Shown here: positions 51,796 through 64,000 of the stretch, piece after piece | Position numbering within the stretch: position 1 is the first letter of the stretch | How the letters are laid out: every line of letters starts with the position of its first letter | Assembly (NCBI GenBank): GCA_013239625.1 | Contig: MU053629.1 | Coordinates: forward strand, 4,429,567-4,493,566 | Reading direction: 5' to 3' | Origin: Lama guanicoe | Lineage: Eukaryota | DNA length: 64,000 nt | Program-made: the position numbers and the translations under genes | Notes under the pieces: generated by a model | The model's input: only the letters and a program-made list of their open reading frames with translations | Told to the model about the DNA's origin: nothing | The model's database searches: none

Positions 51796-53692
51796 CTGTC
51801 TGTGTTTTAAAAGGACGATTTATTTCCTTGTATTATTTAATGGAATCACTCAACAAAGATTTATTGCACACCCATGTCAGGGGTGCTGTGCTGGGTATTA
51901 TGCAGGATTCAGATATGAATGAGAGGTCTGCTACTGGTTTAATTCTCCTCTCTAGGAGTTTTCCAAATGTAAGCAAACTTGCCTTGGACTTGACATCAAA
52001 AGCTCTGAGCTCTGGTCTCTTCCCTTCTTGGAGCCTCGTGCTGGAGTTTGAAGAAGCTGCACAAGATCACTTCAAAGGCCACAGCCAGTGTTTCTTGCCC
52101 ACAGAGTCTGCAACCAAGGTTGTTCCTTATAAGAAATTCTGGTTTGCTGGAGCTGTCAAGGAAAATGGGAGGGAAAGACGAACTCTGCCAATTCATTGGA
52201 CTGACGGGGCCAGTGCTGCATCCCCACCTCACTTTGCAAGACCGCCTTCCATGTCCTCAAGGACCGGGCACAGGAATGCCCCTCAATGGGAGCTCCAGAA
52301 CAAGAGCGTTCTGCTTTGAAAGTCCACACAAGAGCCTTCTGGAGGTCATTTGTAGTAACTTTAAAGGAGCACTTCTCAGCCAAGCAAATCATTCACCAAC
52401 CCTGCCATTTATAGTGTGAAAATTAAGAAGAAGAACTGTCTACTGCATGGGATTATTATATTGAATTAGCACGGGAGAAGCATATATAGTTAGTAGTCCT
52501 AGGAACCCATAATGGTGTATAAAAATTGGGTTTTCATGTTTATAGCTTAGTGCGTAATGTCAAAATAGAAAATGGCCTTCCAAAAATTCGTAATACGAAC
52601 GTGAGGAAATACTTAACAGGAAAAAAGGAATGAGTAGGTAATTCTGTACCTGAAGACTACAAACAACGTTGGTTAGGCCATCCGTCTCGAAAGTAAGAAA
52701 GAGGAAATCAGGAATTTATAGAGGTAGTGGAAGAGGTTTGGAGAAGGAAGTAGGGAAGGCAAGAGCACGTTAAAATTTTTGTGACTGTTTCTTCAAAAGT
52801 GGAAAACATAAGTAGAGCTGGTGCAGGTTTCAATTTTCAATTTTCCGTTTTGGCTCCCCAAGTGAATTCTGAATATAGTCCCTACACCTCTCCAAAAGTC
52901 ACAGAGAGGCTTCTGGCACTACCTAGAAATTGGGCGTCGTGGAAAGAGCTGGGGCAGGAGTCAGGAAACGTGATTCCAGCATCTCGCCTCGTTGCGGGGT
53001 GTGAGCCAGTCAGCTCACCTCTCGGAGCCCTCGGCCGTGCAGTGAGGAGGTGCAGATGGCGAACGTCATTTTCGGTCTGCCATTTGGGCTGTTGAAGGCC
53101 TCTCTCTGTCCGGAGTATTTTCAGTTCCCAAGATTCCATCACCTTATATCAGATCAAATGTATTAAATGCGGTCTCGTGGAATGTGACACAGACATAACT
53201 GCGTAAAAGAGTTGTGTCGCATTTAACTAACAGGTCAGTTTTGTTCATGTTTTTATAATGTTGCTGCTTAATAGTTTTCCTTTCATAATTGGGGGCTGGT
53301 AACATTTGTTTTTTCAGAATCCAAATATTTTGAAGGCCTTTGAAATTCAAGGAGGCCCCAGCATGGTGGACACCTGGGCCCCGAGTGCTAAGTAGCAAGC
53401 AGGTGCAGATGGTTTTCTCCTGCCTTTGGCCCCATGAACTCCAAAGGTCCGATACAAGGTAGGATCCAGTGCGGGCGGTAGAGAGAATGGATACTCTGCG
53501 TGCTCAGAGACAGCGTGATGGAGCTGTGATTTAAATCATGCCCAGAAAGATAAATGGGGTTAATAGGGACAGAGGGGAAGGCCTCCAAGATGGATACTAG
53601 GAGCTTCAATTGTTGATCAGGGCCCAGGGCAACTATCCCATTCAGAAGCGACTGCAGCTCCTCACCTCTGAGACACTGGGCCATCCCAGAAG

Positions 53693-53711
53693 CCGCCACT
53701 AGGTGGCAACA
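53693..53711 (+). promoter_or_regulatory. Candidate CTCF site
   Basis: CCGCCACTAGGTGGCAACA closely matches the CTCF core CCAC(C/T)AG(G/A)(G/T)GGC(G/A). Confidence 0.6.
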
Positions 53712-53760
53712 TGCCAAGAGGCTGCAGTCCCCTCCGCCTGTGTATTGATTTTTTTTTTTT

Positions 53761-54246
53761 ACATAATACAAACAATTCTTACCAATATCATAATCGCGTT
53801 AATATTTTCCTAAGTGAAAATTCTTGCAGTGCAGTGTACCACTTTCTTTAAAATTAAGTGTCAGGTGTGTTGTTTACCATAATGGAGAGTTTGAAGCTGT
53901 CTGGCAATTCAAATGATCAAAATGGGAAGAGATCTCGTTTAGTAGCTGCTTGAGAAAGCATGTTCTCTCTGTGATAGCCAGGATTCTGGAGCCTGTTTTT
54001 AAAACATAATACAAACAATTCTTACCAATGTCATAATCGCATTAGTATTTTCCTAAGTGAAAATTCTTGCAGTGCAGTGTACCACCTTCTTTAAAATTAA
54101 GTGTCAGGCGTGTTGTTTACCATAATGGAGAGTTTGAAGCTGTCTGGCAATTCAAATGATCAAAATGGGAAGAGATCTCGTTTAGTAGCTGCTTGAGAAA
54201 GCATGTTCTCTCTATGATAGCCAGGATTCTGGAGCCTGTTTTTAAA
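53761..54246. repeat. Direct tandem duplication, 2 x 243 bp of non-transposon sequence
   Basis: 53761-54003 versus 54004-54246; 6 substitutions and no indels by manual comparison. Confidence 0.95.
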
Positions 54247-54959
54247 CAGCATCTGAGAAGAGTTAAAAGTGCACCCCCATCTCTGAGAAGCAGGCAAGAA
54301 TACCGTAGTCAAGAGCCAAGCAAGTGAGTTCTGCCTGCGCCAGACTCTGCCCCTGGCACACACGGGGAACATGTCAGAGTCCAAACAGATTTGTGTGTGC
54401 CAGGCCCCACAATAGTAGTCTCACACAGCATCTCATGTAGTCACTGGATCCTCACAACAGCCCCCAGGGACAGATACCATCGGGTCTGCTAATAGACAAG
54501 GAAACCGAGGCCCAGAGAGGGGAAGGAAGATCACAGACAGTAAACGGCGAGGCCAACCCCCTCCCAATAAGGCCCTGTGTCTCTGGTCCAGGACTCTTTC
54601 CATCCAGTGAAGATATTTGCCTCCCTCAGGGCACAGGCCCCTCTAGTCCCTATTGCTGTCACTTCTTCTCCCTACCAAGCTGCCCCTTCCTTTCTCAACC
54701 TCATTTCATCTGGGCCTAAACCTGTGAGAAGCATGTCTCCTAGGGAGGGCCTCATGCTCTACAGAACTTGCCTCTCCTCAACCAAGGACAGCCTCGAGCC
54801 TGAGGCCCCAAAGTGACAGCAGAGTAAAAAGTGCCTCCCACAGGGGCTGATTCTGCTTTACCCCCACGATGCAGCCAAGCACATCCTCCTGATTTCACAT
54901 CTGAGAAAGGAGAAAAGGTGCCTGGGATCTCATCCCATCCTCCGGAACACCATTCAGCA

Positions 54960-55420
54960 AAGGCATCTCACACTTAACACACCTAAACCTGAAATATTAA
55001 TTCGCCCTCTAAACTGTTCCTCTAGCAGTGAGCCCCAAGCAGTACACGGTAACTCATCCTCCCTTTGTTTCAGGGCAGGAGTCTTGGAGACACCCTTGAC
55101 TCCTCTGTTTCTCTCACACCCTGCCTCCAACCCGTCAATAAGTGCTTTAGGCTGTAGCTTTGAAGTGTATCTGTAAGATGACCATTTCCCTCACTCTCTA
55201 CTATCACCCCGCTGGGCCGCCCACCGTCATCTCTCACCTGGACCTCTGCAGCAGCCTCCTCCCTGTTTCCATCCTTGTCTTCTCACGGTCTCTTCTCCCC
55301 ACCACCATCTGAGTAACCCTTTCAAAATATGTTGGATCATGTCCCTCCTTGGCTCAACACCCTCCAGTGGATTCCTGGCCTCCACAGTTGTAAGAAGGAA
55401 ATCAGCCCTTGGCCCTGTTT
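54960..55420 (+). mobile_element. L2 fragment
   Basis: ggcatctcacacttaacacacctaaacctgaa...cttgactcctctgtttctctcacaccc...catctctcacctggacctctgcagcagcctcct. Confidence 0.75.
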
Positions 55421-55782
55421 TTAGCCAAAGCAATAAGGACAGAGGGAACTGTGGTCACCCAGGGCTGTATCGCCCAGCAAGTAGAGAGCTGGGCAGATGG
55501 CCTCGCCTCCACAGCTCAGCCATAGCTGTGGGGCCCTGGGTCTGACTGAGGGTTTTGTCTTGCTCTGGAAAGAACCAAATGATCCAATGGTGGATAAAGA
55601 CATGAATGTGAGCAGGATGCACACGTCCCTCAGCTAAGACGAGCTGCTGAGGCGGGTGGGCTGTGCACTGCACTCTGTTCTAAAGGCCTGAAGCCACCTC
55701 TGTGGTGGGTGAATTCTCACTGCTGCATCTCTCGGTAGCCTTAGTTAGAGGATCTGCCTTTAAAACAAAATTCTACACAAGC

Positions 55783-56254
55783 AACAACATGGATGGGCCT
55801 GGAAGGTAAACTTAGTGAAATAAGTCAGACAGAGAAAGACAAATACTGTTATCACTTGTATGTGGAATCTAAAAAGTAAAACAAATGAATATAACAAAAA
55901 AGAAACAGACTCACAGATACAGAGAACAAACTAGTGGTTACCAGCAGGGAGAGCGAAGGTAGGGGGGCAAGACAGCGGTAAGAGATTAAGAGGTACAAAC
56001 CATTATATATAAAGTAAATGTTTCAAGAATATACTGTACAGCACAGGGGATATAGCCAACATTTTATAATAACTTTCAATGGAGTATAATATATAAAAAT
56101 ATTGAACCACTATGCTGTACACCTGAAACTAACATAATACTGTAAATCAACTACACTTCAATTAAAAAATTGAACAACCTACTGATGATTTTTCCAAATG
56201 TATTATCAGAATGAAATGTTCTAAATAAAAACTTTCAAATCCTCCCCCCAAAAT
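55783..56254 (+). mobile_element. 5'-truncated L1 3' end plus ~80 bp of non-L1 tail, all within a 13-bp TSD
   Basis: L1 motifs ttagtgaaataagtcagacagagaaagacaaatac and tgtaaatcaactacacttcaattaaaaaa; TSD ATTCTACACAAGC at 55770-55782 and 56255-56267. Confidence 0.88.
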
Positions 56255-57159
56255 ATTCTACACAAGCTTAGGAATTCCCAGTTAGCATCACAGACGCATC
56301 TGGAGGCAACTGAGTGAAGGGCCACCAGGACTGTTATTCTCAGTGACTGGTCGAGGAAAGTGTGGTCCCAGGAGGTGCCTTGCTGACAGTCACAAATGCT
56401 TGTCTTAAACCCTGGTGCGGAGAGTAGGGCCTTTAGAGAGTGACTTATCCTGTCTGGGGGCCTTGGGGCCTTCTCCTCACAAGCAAAGAAGGAGAAGAAG
56501 AAAAGAAAACCTCGAGATGGGTCTGCAAAACATCTGTGGGCTCTTGAAGCTCTGAAATTCTATGATTCTTCAACGAATGTTATTTGATGTATAAATCAGT
56601 CTCTCAGTCCTATACCCACCCCAGTGCCCATAACAGAAGGTTGATAAGACCAAACTCCTTGCTACTTTATTTGCACATGGATCTAGTCCCAGAACGTAGG
56701 GCCGGAGCACATCTGCCCACATCTACATGCTCCACCACCCATCCATCCTGCCTGTCACACGAAGGAGGCAGAAGCAGCAGGGGTGAGCAGGCAGCCTCCA
56801 TCTGTCTGGAACACCCAAGGCGAAAAGGGCTCAATACTGGGACCCTCTCCCCCACAGCTCCCCACACAGAAGCCTGTGACTACCATTCCATCCCCAAGCT
56901 TACAGCCTAAGCAGGACCCAGAACCTTGGGACAGAACGATTCTGGGCAAGCTTGCCTCTGCCTGACCCTGTCTTCCGTCCTCACATGCTTGTTTAAAAGC
57001 GACGAGGTTACTGCAGTTTCTCGGTTTCCCTTCTGCCCTGTGCTCTGCCCACCCTGCCCCAGGGAGTGGAGAGCTGGGGCCTCTGCCACACCTCTCCCCA
57101 GCCTACCCCACCCCTGCTGGCCCTGCCCCTGGCTGACGCCGCAATGCACTTTTTTTGCA

Positions 57160-57478
57160 AGCCATCTAACAGAAGTAGAATGTGAACCACAAATGTTGTT
57201 ACGTGTGTAATTTTTAATTTTCTAGTTGCCTCATTTAAAAATGGAACCAAAAACTAGATGAAAATAATTTTAATACATAATGTTTTATTTAACTCAACAT
57301 AACCAAAATGGTATCATTTCAACATGTAATCTGTATAAAATACTATTAATGAGATATTTCAGTCTTTTACTTCTTCATTCTTCAGAAGATGGTGTAGCTC
57401 GTCTCAACCTGAATCAGCCACATTTCAAGTGTTCAGTAGGTACGTGAGGCTAGTAGCTACCACATTAGTGCAGCTCTG
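57160..57478. mobile_element. MER33/MER3-like hAT-Charlie DNA transposon
   Basis: atcatttcaacatgtaatc...tattaatgagatattt...gccacatttcaagtgttcagtaggtacgtgaggctagtagctacc. Confidence 0.8.
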
Positions 57479-60079
57479 GAGTATATATGAAAGCCTGTCT
57501 ATAATTTTGCTTACCTCACATCTGCAAGTATTAACAATAGACTGCTAACATTTCGTCATATTCTCATCTAGTCTTTTCTACATATACTACCATTTTTACA
57601 AAGCTGAAGTCATTTGCCTGTATGACTTTACATCCCTCTCTTGCTGTTTTGTGTATCTTCCTACATCATCGAAAGTCAGTCACAATCATTATCTTTAATG
57701 ACAGTATCACAGACTGTCCCATCACTTGGATATGTCATAATCTTCTTAACCAATGCCCAAATGCTGGACAGCTGCAGTTCTTCTGTTTTACAAGTAATGC
57801 TCAGATGAATATTTTTGTGTTGCCTCGGCTGCTTAAGGCCTTGATGTAAATCTCTCTCGTTTTCTGGCCATTTTTAGCAAAATGGATTGTGAGTGTCATT
57901 TATCAGTCAAATAACTATCAACAGGTGCCTTATGGCTGCGAGCTATGACACCTTGGCTTCCTGTCCCACACCTTCGATACCTGGCTCTGAAACCCAGGGC
58001 AAAGCACTTTGCTTCTCACACTAGAATTGCTCCATTTGTGGAATCAACTGATTGTTTTAGGTGATTGTTAAGGGTCTTTCCAGTGCTAACCCTTGGTTAT
58101 GGTTTTCCCTCACCCTCACATCTAACCAATTAACCTGTTAGCAAGTCATCGCAAGTCCTACAAGTCGTGTCAAAGCCACGTCCATATCCGCTTCTCTCCA
58201 TCCCCAGGCGTAGTGACTTTGCACAGTGTCTCTGTACGTCGTTGCTCCTCTAAATTGTGGTGGGAGTAGCCAGCGCAGAGAGAGACTGGGTTCTGAAGGT
58301 AACAGCGAAATCGGAAATCAAGACTCGGGTTAAATGTGCTATGTGTGAAAGCCTGGGGCTGGCACAGAGAGGATGCTCACTGAATATCTGCTGCATTTGG
58401 ATCTGAAACCAGCTTCAGGAGACCCACTTAGATCCTGTCCCTGTAGCGCTGTGAAGGAGTTCACAGTGAACCATCAGAGGTGCTATGTGCCCTGCTGGCA
58501 GCCGAGCCTGCCCAGACACCGGGCGCTGTGAGAAGACAAAGACTGAGCAGCCTCCCCTAAAGGGCTGGCAGTCTAGAGGGGGAAATAGGAAAACCCCTGT
58601 CCGCAAAACAAGCATGCCTCAGGCAGTGTCTTCAATGGAAAAACCAGATGGAGAACACAACAATTATCTGAGCAATTCAGGCAAGCCTGCTGTTGAGGAA
58701 AAGGCTTGAAGAAATCTGTTCTATTCCCTTTGTAAACCAAGGAGTTAGGGCAGGCTGGGGTAGCAAAAAGATTCTGGCTCTACAAAAAGACCGGATTTCT
58801 GGCCTGTGCTCTGTGTTCCTGGGCAAACCGTGGGGCTACTTTTCCATCTCAGTATCCTCATCGGTCAAAAGGAGATAGAATAATACCAACCCTGCTCAAA
58901 CCTAACCACCTACTGGACTGAGTCTTGAGGCTGAACACAATGATGGCGACTGTGGAGAACAGCTATTAAACGGGGCGATCTAATAGCTACGCAGGCAACT
59001 GAAAATGTGTCTCCTGAGGACCTGCTGCTCGTAAAGGAAATGTTTAGCAATCATAAATAACACCTGTATTGAACTTTACCATAGGTAAGGCAATTTTATG
59101 TGCATTTATTCTATTTTGTTTTCGAAACCACTTGTGGTAGGTATTATCATTTGTGCCTTTTACACCGAAGAATACTGAGACTGAGTGAGCTTAAATATCC
59201 ATTTCATGATTGCACAGATTCAGGCTCTCCGACTCCTCGGTTCTTGTTCCCCTACTCTGGGCTGCCTTCCCACTAAAATCCTCATCACCAAACATTAATA
59301 CTATTAACATAATAGTAATAATGTTTGTTATATGCATTTCCCTGTGATCGAGGAGGCTGAAACATCAAAAATAGAAGCTCTGGGGTGGGGGGGAAGTGCC
59401 AACATGTAAGAACAGCAAGTTCATGTTCTCGTATTAAGGAGAAGTGGCTGTCCCCATCTGATCTGCATTTTATGCCATACAGCAGGAAATATTTAAGTTG
59501 ACAAATAGGATATTTACAACTGCAACAGATACTTGGCAGTTAGTTTTTAACAATTGTTTCAAATGTGATTTATTTGCTATTACAAAAGGACATTACTGTG
59601 CGAATATGACTCCTGAAATTAGCTTCAGTTTAGCAAGGGGCCCTGACAGCCTGACCTCTTAATATCCTTATAATGACGCCATTTACAGTCAATGCTTACT
59701 CAAGTCACTCACTGCTAGATTTGTTTGAGAGGAGTCCACTCTAGGGCAGGTGTATTTTGTATTTTAACAGACCCAGCTAGTGTGTGGGGCACACGTAGGC
59801 CTTCTAAGAGGAGAAACTGTTTAATCAAATCTTCACGAAAATGTGTTCGTTTCCAACTTCCTACAGTGAAAATGCATTACTGCTAATTACAGCATACTCC
59901 AGAAACACAATACTTCATGTTTTCTCCACAAGACATTTCCGTGGCATGGATTATATTCAACAAAAACATGTTCTGATCCTCTGCAACTTTAGCTTTTAGT
60001 TTGACTGGGAAACTTGTCCAGGGTGAGGATTGGCTGGTCCAGGATCAGTGCTGTCTCCTCCTTCAGGGAAAGGGCAGAG

Positions 60080-60270
60080 GGTGGATTTGGAGCCAGGCAG
60101 AACTGGATTCAAATCCCAGCACCACCACTTCCTAGCTGTGTGGACTTGGGTACCTCTTTGAACCTCTGTGTCTTTATCAGTGACACACAGCTGTTATTTT
60201 TAGGTTATTACACAGATGTGAGATGTATGTGAAGCTCCTGGCACACTGTAGGTACTTGCTACATGGGAAC
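60080..60270 (+). mobile_element. MIR SINE
   Basis: ggagccaggcagaactggattcaaatcccagcaccaccacttcctagctgtgtggacttggg. Confidence 0.8.
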
Positions 60271-61450
60271 CAGTCATGTTTGCATTGCTCCTCAAAGCTC
60301 AGATGTTCCCCTCTCCACGATGTAGCCCTGACTTCACTAGACAAACTCAGACTATCCATTCCTTCTGCTTTGTACTACTTCGTTCCCTCCCTTTATTGTA
60401 TCAAGTTTTCATCATGTCATAATTAATCGAATATGATTCATCCACCTTCCCTTCCTTGATGGCAGGATCTGTGTCTCTTCACGTTTTACACTTGTGTAAC
60501 TAGTACAATAATACGCCTTGAGCACTGAACTGAGGAGGATTCTGGGAGTGCTTCTGGATTCAGTGCAGAGGTGAGGGTGACAAGAGGAATTAAGGGTGGC
60601 CTGCCACAGGAGAAGGGAGAGGTTGAATGTGACCGGCTTTCACCATCGGCAGTTTAGCCCATAGCGGGTACTCAGTAAGTATCCGTCCGAGGAGGAAACG
60701 GACATTACTCAGTGATCTAGTCACTTACTGCTTACATACACCTATTTTCCAAAGCGTTTTAATTTTCACTGCATCATAGTATTCTTCTAATAAGGCTGTG
60801 ATTCCGCTAGGGTGGGTGCCATCAGCTTTCCCCGGGTGAGTATCTGTGACATCATAGGGTGGGTAAAGTGACTTTCCTGGACTCTTAAAGTAAAACAGTA
60901 AACATAGTGGTAGAGCTGAGGCTCATAGGCCAACCCTAAATGTCCCTTAAGAATCATATTCCCAGAGAGGAATTCCCAGAAATTCCCAGAGAGGTCAGCA
61001 TTGCTTTTTCTGTAACCAGGGAAAACTGCCCTTTTCTCGTATTTACTCACTCTTTCCCCTCTCCTGTGTTCCACTTTGACTCTCCATCCTCTGAGGTTTT
61101 ATCTAGCCTCATTTCTCAGTGGAACATACTGCATTAACCACTGTAGAAATGCAAACCGCAGGCAGAAAAATCAAAGTCCACGTGAACCTTTCAGAACTGG
61201 GCTTCTCCAGCAGATTATCTTGGCCACGTTTGTCCCATTGTGTAACTTCCCATGAGGACATTCAATCTTCTGATGAGGCTCCATCCTTCAGTTACACGAA
61301 GGAGAAACAGAAGCAAAAACATCTATTCTGTTAAGTCGCGTGTTCGCCGGTGTGGCTGGGCCCGGGGTGGTCTGGGCTGGGCGGGGCGGGAGGGGCTTTC
61401 TCTCCCAGCAGCTCATCTCACCCTCATGTCTTGGCTCCTGTGTTACTCAG

Positions 61451-61621
61451 GTGTGGGCAACGGGCCTCAACCTCTCATACAGTGACCAGCTGGCCCTGAC
61501 GCAGCTCGCCTTGTACCTGACCAACGGCCACCTGGATTGCAGCTTGAGCACCCTGCAGGTGCCCTGCTTTGTTCCCAAGAGAGAGAGGAGAGTGAGCCAC
61601 CTGAACGCCCAGGCAATGCCG
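61451..61621 (+). CDS. IQCH: IQCH internal coding exon (171 nt, phase 0-0): [57 protein letters not shown]
   Basis: Acceptor tgtgttactcag and donor CCG|gtaagc. Lies within ORF 61340..61690. Confidence 0.93.
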
Positions 61622-63630
61622 GTAAGCAGCTGGTGCTCCCTCAGTCCCCTCAGCGTCAGCAACACGCAGCCGCCACGTACTGAGCTCTGACTGTGGGTCC
61701 AGAAAGCAGAAAGGAACCTCAGGCTAGTTACTCAGCTGCCCAAGATGGGCTTCTGGGATATGCATGCTATGGGTCACCAGAGAGGGGACAGGGCATCCAG
61801 AAAGGGGAAGCCCGGGGTTTTCCAGGGGTGGGTGCTTGGGTGCTGCCCTCCATCCTCTTCTCAGCCTGCTTCCCTGGGCAAGTACTTCTACACCCAGCAC
61901 TTCAGTTACCGGCAGCTTACGACAAAACCCGTGTTTTTCTACCCCCATCTCTTTTTTGAGCTTTAGAGTCCTAGATCCAATATTCAGCAGAACTTCTCAG
62001 AGTCCTCAGGGTCAGACTATCCAAAACTGCATCTGCCCTCTCTCCTCCCCGTACTTCCTCTTGGTGGATCAGGCCAGAGGCTGAGACACCCTACATCCCC
62101 ACGTCCCGGCAGCAACCAGCTCATGTTGATGCCAGCTGCTAACACGCCTCAACTCTGACCCCTCCTCTCCTTTCCACAAAGATACTGCCTTCGCTTTGGC
62201 CTTCATGGTCTCACTGTAGGATGATAATAGTTTCTCACTAAGATCCCCTGCCTCCTGTCAAGGTGGTCAAGGCAAAGAATCTGAGTATGTTGCTCCTCTG
62301 CTTATGACTTTGAAATGACTCCTGTCATCTTCAGGAAAATCCTAACTCCCAGCTTGGTTAATGAGGTGCCCCTGATCCACCTCTTCCCATGGCCCCAGTT
62401 CCCCATCTCATCACTAGCCCATCTCTAGGGTGGCTGGAGGCAGCAGTCCTGGGGCTGGTTGAGGTTTACCAACCCCAGGACCCTGGGTAACAAAGGGTAA
62501 ATCTCCATGGGGACGGTGAGCTAGGTTGCTCCTGGGGGAGGAGGGCAGAGGTCAAGAGGACCAGATGGCCCTTCCCGTAGGTGGGATATGAGAGTGGATT
62601 GGGGCTCAGGCCACAGCTGCTCTGACAGTGCCAGAGGGTTTCTTCTGCTTCTCCCATAGCAGGGGGCTTCATGCCCTTTTTGCAAATGAAGCACTACTTG
62701 AGATCCAAGTATGTCAAGCAGATAAAAGAAGGAATGCCGGTGGTTAAAAGCACCCCCATACCAGCACCCTAGAGACATGTTTTCAGAGCAGTAACTCCTG
62801 CCTCTCTGTTGAGCATCTTCAGGTCCAAGAGATGCCTCTGGATTTAAAGAACCCTGTTTGACTCTGCCCAGGGTCCCCACACGTCACTTTCCTTGGCAGG
62901 AACTCAGTGTACACTTCGAAGAGCAACCTGGAGAGGGTGCCAGATGGCTTGAGGGTTCAGGTGGCAGCCCCCTCCTCCTTCCCAATCCCCTTGTCCTGTG
63001 AAGTACTCTTCCTCGTGGGAATCCCTTAGATCTCTTTGCTTATTGAGGAGAGAAGCTGAGCTAAACTGGGGAGGAGACATAGATCTCTTTTAATTAGGCC
63101 CCAGGACCTTGCTAGAAATCTCCCAGGTTCAATCTCACCTGTGGCCTCTGTCCTCGCCAAAGGGACATACAGGACCCTAAATTCAGTGCCAGAGGGAGGG
63201 AAGGCAGTAAAACTCAACACCTTCCGGCTTAGCAAATCTAAATAACTCCATCCATTTCCAAAAGGAAGCTGGAAGCTGAGTTTGTATTCAACACAAGACT
63301 TTCAAAGGCAATTTGCTGCATTTAAGCACATTGTTTCAGAAGGCTGTAAGCAGAAGTTGTTCTTTGAGTTAGATACACTCTCCCATTTTTCCCATCTTGC
63401 CTATAGGCTTCAGTCTTAGCTACAGGCAACATACAGGGATTTTCCTGTGACCAAGAGTCTGAAACACTTATAGGAATTGCCCGCACGCAAGAGGAAGCAT
63501 TATGATCTCCAGTAATTCAAACGTCTCTGCAATCACTGAAGAAAAGCTATGCAGGTTTTCTGATGTAGTGATAAACTGAAAGTGCTTTGGGTTTTAGAAA
63601 GAAAAGTGGACATTCTCACCCTGGTGCCAC

Positions 63631-63650
63631 TGTGTGTGTGTGTGTGTGTG
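63631..63650. repeat. (TG)10 microsatellite
   Basis: Read directly from the sequence. Confidence 0.9.
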
Positions 63651-64000
63651 CACGAACTCCTATGTATATGTGCACGTGTGATGGGCGAGTTTGAAAAGAA
63701 GCACGCACACACGCACACATGGTACAATTTACAACCAAACTGAAGCTTCCTGAACAAGTGTGAATAGACTGTGATGCCGTCAGGTTTACAGTCAGTCAAT
63801 TGACAGCCCCCTTTGAAGACAAGAAAAAGGAAACGCACAGATAAAACCACAGTGATAATGAGGGCGCCTTCGGAACAAACGCCTATATAAGGTTTCCAGT
63901 TTGGGCCTATTCATTTAAATTATACGCTGTGCAGGGGAAAAGCAAAAACTTTTCTGAACTCTTAAGAAAAGTTTTTGTCCCCTTATCAGAAACAGGTGGC

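Noticed and set aside
53761..54246. CRISPR array or satellite interpretation of the duplicated blocks
   Set aside because: Only two long units, no spacers, and a eukaryotic context.

Overview
Mammalian genomic DNA, most likely from a camelid (inferred from the L1 3' UTR types and the absence of Alu, Bov-tA/BovB, PRE1, Can-SINE and B1/B2). The window lies inside a + strand gene that I recognise as IQCH (IQ motif containing H). Seven internal coding exons (3566-3649, 7634-7809, 12959-13231, 17389-17580, 34189-34309, 38987-39273, 61451-61621) have canonical AG/GT boundaries and splice in frame (1304 nt, about 434 codons, no stops). The start and stop codons lie outside the window. The rest is intron containing L1, L2, MIR, MaLR/ERV1 LTRs, DNA transposon fossils, microsatellites and several repeat-free, enhancer-like blocks. 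I see no rRNA, tRNA, CRISPR or prokaryote-type system, and I cannot support a wholly new system. The best leads are: an L1 with an apparent ~80-bp 3' transduction, a twin-primed (5'-inverted) young L1, a 243-bp tandem duplication beside a CTCF motif, an inverted L1 pair able to form long dsRNA, an orphan CpG-rich block, and an ATP-grasp-like motif series in IQCH whose catalytic motif looks degenerate. Repeat family names and boundaries were assigned by eye and are approximate.
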